Shown here: one piece after another, positions 1 through 5,723 of the stretch
How positions within the stretch are numbered: position 1 is the first letter of the stretch
Layout: each line of letters begins with the position of its first letter
IMG/VR virus record: IMGVR_UViG_3300037462_000196
Coordinates: 1-43,546 of that record
Length of the DNA: 43,546 bases
Reading direction: 5' to 3' (one strand)
Source of the DNA: a virus
Lineage: Duplodnaviria > Caudoviricetes
Position numbers and translations under genes: made by a program
The notes under the pieces: generated by a model
Database searches by the model: none
What the model was told of the DNA's origin: nothing
The model's input: only the letters and a program-made list of their open reading frames with translations

Positions 1-443
1 AGCGCCGTCAGCCCGGTCAGCCCGGCGAGCGGCGACACGTCGCTGATCTGGTTGCCCCCGAGGTAGAGCTCCGTCAGCCCGGTCAGCCCGGCGAGCGGCG
101 ACACGTCGCTGATCTGGTTGCCCCCGAGGTGGAGCGCCGTCAGTCCGGTCAGCCCGGCGAGCGGCGACACGTCGCTGATCTGGTTGCCCCCGAGGTAGAG
201 CACCGTCAGCCCGGTCAGCCCGGCGAGCGGCGACACGTCGCTGATCTGGTTGCCCCCGAGGTGGAGCACCGTCAGCCCGGTCAGCCCGGCGAGCGGCGAC
301 ACGTCGCTGATCTGGTTGCCTCCGAGGTAGAGCTCCGTCAGCCCGGTCAGCCCGGCGAGCGGCGACACGTCGCTGATCTGGTTGCCCCAGAGGTCGAGCG
401 AGCCGTCCACGATCATCGCCTGGTATTCTGCAGTCGTTCTCAT
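1..443 (-). CDS. Internalin-type LRR protein, N-terminal part (runs off the contig end)
   Basis: Read manually: ATG at 443 after AGAGAGG RBS; MRTTAEYQAMIVDGSLDLWGNQISDVSP, then LAGLTGLTxLxLGGNQISDVSP repeats (ELY, VLH, VLY, ALH, ELY, AL-); no stop before base 1. Confidence 0.9.
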   Translation of the reverse strand, partial: MRTTAEYQAMIVDGSLDLWGNQISDVSPLAGLTGLTELYLGGNQISDVSPLAGLTGLTVLHLGGNQISDVSPLAGLTGLTVLYLGGNQISDVSPLAGLTGLTALHLGGNQISDVSPLAGLTGLTELYLGGNQISDVSPLAGLTGLTA

Positions 444-502
444 TTGATTTCCTCTCTGGCGTTCGGGATGCCGGCCCCGCAGGGCCGGGCACCGGAGCGT
501 CA
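444..502 (-). repeat. Intergenic repeat family B, copy 1 (stop, hairpin, RBS)
   Basis: Identical to 1019-1077; partial copies at 2813-2837 and 42991-43044; on the minus strand TGA-CGCTCCGGTGCCCGGCCCTGCGGGGCCGGCATCCCGAACGCCAGAGAGGAAATCAA-ATG. Confidence 0.92.
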
Positions 503-1018
503 CGCAAAGATTTCCGCGCTCGGCAGCGCTCGCCGCAGAGACGAAACGTCGCTGATCTGGTTGCGCCCGAGGTCAAGCATCGTCAGCTTGGTCAGCCCGG
601 CGAGCGGCGACACGTCGCTGATCTGGTTGCCCCCGAGGTCGAGCGTCGTCAGCTCGGTCAGCCCGACGAGCGGCGACACGTCGCTGATCTGGTTGCCCCA
701 GAGGTCGAGCGCCGTCAGCCCGGTCAGCCCGGCGAGCGGCGACACGTCGCTGATCTGGTTGCGCCCGAGGTAGAGCTCCGTCAGCCCGGTCAGCCCGGCG
801 AGCGGCGACACGTCGCTGATCTGGTTGCCCCCGAGGTAGAGCACCGTCAGCCCGGTCAGCCCGGCGAGCGGCGACACGTCGCTGATCTGGTTGCCCCCGA
901 GGTAGAGCTCCGTCAGCCCGGTCAGCCCGGCGAGCGGCGACACGTCGCCGATCTGGTTGTCCCAGAGGTCGAGCGAGCCGTCCACGATCATCGCCTGGTA
1001 TTCTGCAGTCGTTCTCAT
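500..1018 (-). CDS. Internalin-type LRR protein (172 aa: N-cap, 6 LRRs, C-cap)
   Basis: ATG at 1018 with the same RBS and N-cap as the gene at 443; LxxLxxLxxLxLxxNxIxDVxP repeats; ends LRRALPSAEIFA. Confidence 0.93.
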   Translation of the reverse strand: MRTTAEYQAMIVDGSLDLWDNQIGDVSPLAGLTGLTELYLGGNQISDVSPLAGLTGLTVLYLGGNQISDVSPLAGLTGLTELYLGRNQISDVSPLAGLTGLTALDLWGNQISDVSPLVGLTELTTLDLGGNQISDVSPLAGLTKLTMLDLGRNQISDVSSLRRALPSAEIFA

Positions 1019-1077
1019 TTGATTTCCTCTCTGGCGTTCGGGATGCCGGCCCCGCAGGGCCGGGCACCGGAGCGTCA
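1019..1077 (-). repeat. Intergenic repeat family B, copy 2
   Basis: 59-bp exact match to 444-502. Confidence 0.92.
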
Positions 1078-1380
1078 GTGACTCTTCGGCGTCTCGGGCT
1101 CGTCGTCCTTCGGCGGGCAGTCTTTCGGATCGTCGCCAGGGTCTTCGCCGTCGTCGTCGTCGTCCGGGTCTTCGTCGTCGTCCGGCACCTCGCGAGCGGC
1201 GCGGGGGCCACTGCTGGGCATCCACCGGCCGCAGTTCGGGTCGATCTTCTGCCAGGCAGTGCCGGCCGTTCCGGCGATGGGGATGACGACGCAGCCGTCG
1301 ATCACGGCGGTCTCCATGGTGGCGCTCGCGGCGCTGGCGGTGCCGAGCAACAGCGCGGCGGTCAGGGTCAGGCGTTTCAT
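1075..1380 (-). CDS. Small secreted protein with Cys pair and acidic tail (101 aa)
   Basis: AGGAG RBS; MKRLTLTAALLLGTASAASA signal peptide; D/E-rich C-terminus; paralogous architecture to 2893-3198. Confidence 0.8.
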   Translation of the reverse strand: MKRLTLTAALLLGTASAASATMETAVIDGCVVIPIAGTAGTAWQKIDPNCGRWMPSSGPRAAREVPDDDEDPDDDDDGEDPGDDPKDCPPKDDEPETPKSH

Positions 1381-1430
1381 TCTGTCAGTCTCCTGTGAGT
1401 GGTGGTTGGTGGGCGCCCCCGCCCAGGTCA
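1381..1430 (-). repeat. Intergenic repeat family A, copy 1
   Basis: 1388-1427 matches 2120-2159 at 38/40; related to 3199-3259; contains GGGCGGGGGCGCCC hairpin and AGGAGAC RBS. Confidence 0.9.
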
Positions 1431-2114
1431 GTAACTTGTCGGGGTGTCCGCGAACGCCTCCCCAACGCGCCGGTCGAAGTCGGCCCACGCGGCGGCCGTC
1501 GTGGCGGCCCACGCCGCGTCCATCGCGGCCCTCGCGGAGGCCCGCGAGGCGGCCCACGTGGCGGCCCCCGTGGCGCTCGTCGCGGCCCACGTGGCGTCCA
1601 TCGCGGCGGCCCTCGCGGCGGCCCTCGCGGCGTCCCGCGCGGCGTCCATCGCGGAGGCCCGCGCGGCGTCCATCGTGGCGTCCATCGCGGCGATCACGCT
1701 GGCGTCCATCGCGGAGGCCCGCGCGGCGTCCCGCAAGCCGTCGTCCAGTGTGGTCAGGTACTCCCGCACCACGTCCGGCATCGGCGCTTGCCAAAGGTGT
1801 TCAACGGTAAGCGCCTGGCTGGCCGCGAACCGGCGGAGCAATTGCGTCGCGTCGATGCTGGCCAGGATGGTGCGGCGGCGGCAGACGAGCTTGTCGGCTT
1901 CCTCGTCCACGATTTCCTCGCAACGGACGCGGTGCAGGATTGGTCCCGGCGCGTGAACCAGGGCGTCCGCCGGTCGGATGCTCGCGTGCAGACCCGCCTT
2001 GCAGATCACCACCCTCCCATCGTGCACCAGCGTTTCGCCGATGGGAGGGATCGGGCGGCCGTCGCGCAGGGTGTTGCCGGTGAAGTGCCAGGCGGTCAGG
2101 GTCAGGTGCTTCAT
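1428..2114 (-). CDS. Phage protein with GLHAS-type N-domain (DUF7666-like) and AARDA/AAWA Ala-rich repeats
   Basis: ATG at 2114 after AGGAG; CKAGLHAS...DAL...DKLVCRRRTIL motif; 12-bp repeats ~1490-1730. Confidence 0.8.
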   Translation of the reverse strand: MKHLTLTAWHFTGNTLRDGRPIPPIGETLVHDGRVVICKAGLHASIRPADALVHAPGPILHRVRCEEIVDEEADKLVCRRRTILASIDATQLLRRFAASQALTVEHLWQAPMPDVVREYLTTLDDGLRDAARASAMDASVIAAMDATMDAARASAMDAARDAARAAARAAAMDATWAATSATGAATWAASRASARAAMDAAWAATTAAAWADFDRRVGEAFADTPTSY

Positions 2115-2163
2115 CGGTGGTCTCCTGTGAGTGGTGGTTGATGGGAGCCCCCGCCCAGGGTCA
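2115..2163 (-). repeat. Intergenic repeat family A, copy 2
   Basis: 38/40 identity to 1388-1427. Confidence 0.9.
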
Positions 2164-2439
2164 GCCATAGCCGTCGCCGGAGCCGTAGCCGGAGCCGTCG
2201 CCGGAGCCATAGCCGGAGCCGTAGCCGGAGCCGTCGCCGAAGCCGTCGCCGGAGCCGGAGCCGTAGCCGGAGCCGTCGCCGAAGCCGTCGCCGGAGCCGG
2301 AGCCGTAGCCGGAGCCGTCGCCGGAGCCATCGCCGGAGCCATCGCCGTAGCCGTCGCCGTGACCGGAGCCGGAGCCGTAGCCGTAGCCGGAGCCGTCGCC
2401 GGAGCCGGAGCCGTCGCTTTCGTAGCCCTCGAACATCAC
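2161..2439 (-). CDS. Gly-Ser-Asp-Tyr repeat protein (GSGDG/GSGYG)n
   Basis: Start overlaps the upstream stop; 6/12-bp tandem repeats; this type of gene typically follows DUF6948-like genes in phages. Confidence 0.75.
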   Translation of the reverse strand: MMFEGYESDGSGSGDGSGYGYGSGSGHGDGYGDGSGDGSGDGSGYGSGSGDGFGDGSGYGSGSGDGFGDGSGYGSGYGSGDGSGYGSGDGYG

Positions 2440-2720
2440 GCGACCTCGATGCTGGAAATTGCGGCAGCCGAAGCCGGTATGATCTCAAGCGCGTCCAGCA
2501 GGACGATCTCAGGGAGGACGGGTTCGATCACGCTGCGCTTCGCGTCGATGCCGGTCAGCGCCACGGCGCTCAGGCTCACGCCCCTGTCCGTGCCACCAGT
2601 GTGCCAGCGCCACAGGCGACGGCTGTCCGCCAGCGTGACTTGGCGCCCGTCGTGCGCCGTCACCGTCCCGTAATGGACCCCGCTCGCGTAGCAGCGAACG
2701 ATACATTTCTTGCCAATCAT
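2436..2720 (-). CDS. DUF6948-like phage protein
   Basis: IGKKCIVRCYASGVHYG...RRLWRW...SLSAVA motif; AAGGAG RBS. Confidence 0.8.
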   Translation of the reverse strand: MIGKKCIVRCYASGVHYGTVTAHDGRQVTLADSRRLWRWHTGGTDRGVSLSAVALTGIDAKRSVIEPVLPEIVLLDALEIIPASAAAISSIEVA

Positions 2721-2744
2721 GGTGTCAGTCTCCTTTGTGAATCG

Positions 2745-2813
2745 TCAGAAAATCAGAGCGGCGAGCAGGACGGCGCCCATCAGTCAGCCCATAGCGGCGC
2801 CGATAATGAGGGC
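2745..2813 (-). pseudogene. Remnant of a small membrane-protein gene
   Basis: Reads ALIIGAAMG*LMGAVLLAALIF*; no start or RBS; abuts a truncated family-B repeat. Confidence 0.45.
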
Positions 2814-2892
2814 GCAGGGCCGGGCACCGGAACGTCAGTGCATCGCGAGCTTGGGGCCTCCACCTTGCGCCTCGCGATGCCTGCCCCGCGGC

Positions 2893-3198
2893 TCAGCAGC
2901 CGCGAGCGGTCTTGCACGAGGGCGGCGGCTCGTCGCCGTGGTCTTCTTCCTCGCCGCCCTCTTCGTCGCCCTCATCCTCATCCTCCGGCTCTTCGGCGAC
3001 CGGGCGCGGGCCGTTGCCAGCGTGCGCATTCAGGAACTGGCACTGCGGCAGGGTCACATCGCTCCGGAAGAAGGCGTTGCTGCCGTCGATCTGCGTAAGC
3101 GGGCAGTCGCGCAGCAGGACCGTCTCGGTGGCGTCGCCCGCGGCGAACGCTGAGGTCGTGGCCATCAGCAGGGCGGCAAGAGTCGTCAGGGTCTTCAT
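2893..3198 (-). CDS. Small secreted protein with Cys residues and acidic tail (101 aa)
   Basis: AAGGAG RBS; MKTLTTLAALLMATTSAFA signal peptide; EEPEDEDEGDEEGGEEED tail. Confidence 0.8.
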   Translation of the reverse strand: MKTLTTLAALLMATTSAFAAGDATETVLLRDCPLTQIDGSNAFFRSDVTLPQCQFLNAHAGNGPRPVAEEPEDEDEGDEEGGEEEDHGDEPPPSCKTARGC

Positions 3199-3259
3199 GT
3201 CTCAGTCTCCTTGGGTTTGGTTGGTGGGTTGAGTGGTGGGCGCCCCCGCCCGGTGGTCA
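3199..3259 (-). repeat. Intergenic repeat family A, copy 3 (diverged)
   Basis: Shares TCAGTCTCCT, TGAGTGGTGG and GGTGGGCGCCCCCGCCC (plus strand) with copy 1. Confidence 0.8.
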
Positions 3260-3442
3260 GAAGGGTCCTTGGAGTGCGCAGCTCGCGGCGAGGGCGAGCG
3301 TGACGGCGAAGCCGGCGCCGACCGTCAGAAGCCAGGGCAGCCGGAAGTCGAGCCGCCGGCCCCTGTCGATCTCGTCCTGCGGGCGCAGCGGCGGGAACTG
3401 GTGGTAGGTGCGGCCGGGCGGCGGATCGTCGGGGCGGGTCAT
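3257..3442 (-). CDS. Small membrane protein
   Basis: 61 aa; ATGA overlap with the upstream gene; C-terminal hydrophobic helix. Confidence 0.65.
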   Translation of the reverse strand: MTRPDDPPPGRTYHQFPPLRPQDEIDRGRRLDFRLPWLLTVGAGFAVTLALAASCALQGPF

Positions 3443-3822
3443 TGCCGGCCCTCCCGCACCGCACGCTCGGCCTTGATGGTCATGGCGGCGCGCTCAAGCT
3501 TGGCGCAGAACGCCAGGACGGCATCGGGTTCCTCGGCAATCCGCGGGCCGATCAGATCCTCGACCCAGCGCAGGCCCGAGATCACCGGGGCGGCGCCGAG
3601 GGCGTCGGCAATCTGGGCCCGCAGGCCGGCCAACGTTTCCCGATGCTGCTGTTCCTCGGCGTCGCGAGACAGGCGTGCCGCGGCAAGTGCCGAAAGGCGC
3701 TGTGCGAAGCGTTCCCGCCGCTCGTTCGCTTCGTGTTCCTCGCGCAGCGCCGCCGGGACGCGATCAAGGCCGAAGATGCGGATCAGGGTGCGATGGTAGA
3801 GGGAAAGAGGCATTGGCGTCAT
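3439..3822 (-). CDS. Hypothetical protein, first gene of the leftward operon (start 3822 or 3813)
   Basis: Directly downstream of the PL-like promoter; helical composition; coupled to the next gene. Confidence 0.65.
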   Translation of the reverse strand: MTPMPLSLYHRTLIRIFGLDRVPAALREEHEANERRERFAQRLSALAAARLSRDAEEQQHRETLAGLRAQIADALGAAPVISGLRWVEDLIGPRIAEEPDAVLAFCAKLERAAMTIKAERAVREGRQ

Positions 3823-3847
3823 CCATCGGGGTTGCGTCGATGAAGCA

Positions 3848-3902
3848 CCAATAGTCCACAAAAAGTGGACTGTCAAGCGGTGTGGTCCAAAAAAAATGGA
3901 CC
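3848..3902 (-). promoter_or_regulatory. PL-like promoter with two repressor operators
   Basis: Minus strand TTGACA(3876-3871)-17 bp-TATTGG; palindromes AGTCCAC-N5-GTGGACT (3853-3871) and GGTCCA-N7-TGGACC (3884-3902). Confidence 0.85.
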
Positions 3903-3918
3903 GCCACAATGGCGGTCC
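3889..3918 (-). terminator. Rho-independent terminator of the repressor-lipoprotein transcript
   Basis: Minus strand GGACCGCCA-TTG-TGGCGGTCC followed by ATTTTTTTT. Confidence 0.8.
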
Positions 3919-3944
3919 GCGTCAAAAGGCAGGTATGTCGGCGG

Positions 3945-4298
3945 TCAGGCCGGGCAGTTCACGGCGGCCGTGCTGTAGCCGTAGGGATTGTGACTGATCG
4001 ATAGAGGATCTGCGGGGCAACCCGCAACCTGTTCGATCGCGCGAATGTGACGGGCGCTCGCCGCCGCATCCGTGGACCCAACGCCTTGGCCTGAGAGGTG
4101 GCGGGCGAAGTAGGAGTTCCTCCCTGCAACCTTCTCGACTGACACAAGGTAGCCGTCGAGTCGGACAGTCTGACTGGGCTCGGTCTCGAACGAGTCGCAG
4201 GACGCTATGCAAGTCAAAGTGAAAACTGTCGCCGCGATGCGCCGGCGTCGAAGCCGCCTTCGGTCTTCGCGGGATACCACAAGGTTGTTGTCACACAT
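3945..4298 (-). CDS. Putative lipoprotein in the immunity operon
   Basis: AAGGAG RBS; basic N-region, hydrophobic stretch, lipobox-like IASC; downstream of the repressor. Confidence 0.7.
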   Translation of the reverse strand: MCDNNLVVSREDRRRLRRRRIAATVFTLTCIASCDSFETEPSQTVRLDGYLVSVEKVAGRNSYFARHLSGQGVGSTDAAASARHIRAIEQVAGCPADPLSISHNPYGYSTAAVNCPA

Positions 4299-4407
4299 CG
4301 ACTTCTCCTTATTCTTGTGGTGCTGGATGGGGAGTCGTAACGGGAGTCACGGATGCGTCGCCTCATGTTTCAGATCGCGCGACTTTTGCGTCGCGCTGGC
4401 GTTGACC

Positions 4408-4740
4408 TTAACCTTGTCTTCGATCCCATTCACTGCTTGCGGCTGCGAGCGCAGAGAAAAGCCGCTCTTGAACGTCGCCAGGGAGTTGCGCGAAGTCCCC
4501 GTGAATGAGGAAGTTGAAGTCAATCCGATGCAGCCTGTAGAACCAGCGCATCACGTCGCGTGACGGGAAAGACCGTCCGACCTCCATGTTGGAGTATGCG
4601 GTCTTCCTGATGCCGACGGCCGCCGCTATGTCCTTCTGCGACGCCCCCGCCACGATGCGCGCAGCGCTAAGGCGGATCGCGCAAGCCTTGAGGCTGATAT
4701 CGCCGGTTCTAGCCAGGTGGTGGCGAGCGTCGATGTCCAT
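4408..4740 (-). CDS. XRE-family HTH repressor (CI-like, 110 aa, probably leaderless)
   Basis: RLSAARIVAGASQKDIAAAVGIRKTAYSNMEVGRSFP HTH; TATAAC 6 nt before the ATG; divergent from the Cro-like gene. Confidence 0.88.
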   Translation of the reverse strand: MDIDARHHLARTGDISLKACAIRLSAARIVAGASQKDIAAAVGIRKTAYSNMEVGRSFPSRDVMRWFYRLHRIDFNFLIHGDFAQLPGDVQERLFSALAAASSEWDRRQG

Positions 4741-4746
4741 GCCCGC

Positions 4747-4820
4747 GTTATAGCGCAGGTCCATTTTTCGTGGTTGCCTATCACATGGACCTTGCAAGTC
4801 CACAAATCGTGGACTATGAC
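4747..4820. promoter_or_regulatory. Divergent PRM/PR-like promoters and operators
   Basis: PR: TTGCAA(4792)-17 bp-TATGAC(4815); operator AGTCCAC-AAATC-GTGGACT 4797-4815; degenerate sites ~4758-4791; minus-strand TATAAC at 4752-4747. Confidence 0.82.
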
Positions 4821-4828
4821 TTCCGTCT

Positions 4829-5104
4829 ATGAGCACGGAAACCCTAGTAACCGCGTCGGGCATCTGCGACCTCCTGGGTCGCGGCGAGATGGCCGCAGCT
4901 CTCGGTGTGCGCAAGACAGCGATCTCCAATGCCGCAGTCGCGGGTCGCTTTCCGGCGAAGTGGTACGCTGTGATTGCCGATCTTTGCGCTGCAAAGGGCG
5001 CGAGTTGCCCGCGGGAACTGTTCGCATTCGTTTCGCCTGCGCCCTCGGATCCGGCGTTGGTCGGGGATGAAACCGTGGTGCCCGCCGAGGGTGACGCAGC
5101 GTGA
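4829..5104 (+). CDS. Cro-like HTH regulator
   Basis: ICDLLGRGEMAAALGVRKTAISNA...GRFPAKWY; position opposite the repressor. Confidence 0.85.
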   Translation: MSTETLVTASGICDLLGRGEMAAALGVRKTAISNAAVAGRFPAKWYAVIADLCAAKGASCPRELFAFVSPAPSDPALVGDETVVPAEGDAA

Positions 5105-5579
5105 TCGGTTGTGGCGCATCGCTTGTCCCTCGCTGCCCCGGTCTTCTGCCGGTGGACCGCTGCGAATGTGGCTTGCCTGGCGACAAAGGTGCGCTGGGCG
5201 GCGGATCGTTTCAATTCGGGAATTCCATACCCGCAGCATCGGGCCGGAGCCTGCTGCGGGTCGGTGGCGCGGTCAGGCGGCGCCACCCGGCGGGCGGCAG
5301 CGCGCAGCGCGCCGCCCGCCGCAACGAGTTGACCGGCGGCTATACCTCGGGCGGGGCGCAGGACCTGTCCGCAACCAAGCCGGGCCTGACGTCGGGAGCC
5401 GCCGGTGGCGCTTGCCATGGGAACGCCCGAAAGGCCCGGAACCTGCGCCCTGCCCGGGCGAGAGCGGGGGCCGCCCCGCAGGGTATCGGTTCTGCCTCGG
5501 CGGCGCGTCCTGTCCTGCGCCGCCGCACCTTCGCCCGTCCGCTGCCTGTGGCGCGGACGGGCGGCTTTCGGAATGCCCT

Positions 5580-5710
5580 GCGGGGATCGGCCACCTCCTC
5601 CCGGCCGGTCTGGCAGCGCGACGCCGGGCCGCGCCCGCACGGGATGCCCGGCACATCCTCCCTGTTGGACTGCCCGCCCGGGTCGCGCATGGCGCCCGGG
5701 CGGGGTTTTC
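5580..5710 (+). ncRNA. Putative cuckoo/alpha-r14/CcsR-like small RNA with anti-Shine-Dalgarno loops
   Basis: GATCGGCC-ACCTCCTCCC-GGCCGGTC stem-loop (5585-5610); second TCCTCCC loop (~5656); terminator-like hairpin 5673-5704 plus TTTT. Confidence 0.6.
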
Positions 5711-5723
5711 GTGGGGTCATGGC

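Larger units (their letters stand above)
1..975. repeat. 66-bp tandem repeats encoding 22-aa LRRs (blocks ~1-395 and ~540-975)
   Basis: Unit GTCAGCCCGGTCAGCCCGGCGAGCGGCGACACGTCGCTGATCTGGTTGCCCCCGAGGTAGAGCTCC recurs every 66 bp. Confidence 0.97.

Noticed and set aside
129-773. Plus-strand and alternate-frame repetitive ORFs over the LRR genes
   Set aside because: Shadows of the repeat; RBS, caps and LRR consensus support the minus-strand frame
1-975. CRISPR array (regular 66-bp period)
   Set aside because: No unique spacers; units are in-frame coding repeats; no cas genes
1-1018. Diversity-generating retroelement behind the LRR variation (X1 codons AAG/GAG/GTG/GCG/ACG/ATG fit A-to-N change)
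   Set aside because: No reverse transcriptase or non-coding template repeat in the window; adenines in the adjacent AAC CAG ATC codons are invariant; G/W and G/R changes are at non-A positions
2111-2488. Arg/Leu-repeat ORF and APATA-repeat extension of 1428-2342
   Set aside because: Alternate frames of the GSGDG repeat; real starts are supported by RBS or coupling at 2439 and 2114
2835-3029. Frameshifted longer C-terminus for the 2893-3198 gene (ending PKLAMH like PKSH)
   Set aside because: Both paralogues are already 101 aa and the extra segment is an inverted repeat; cannot be supported
444-3259. Integron attC cassette array
   Set aside because: Spacers lack paired RYYYAAC/GTTRRRY boxes, and the only recombinase is an ordinary phage integrase with xis and attP
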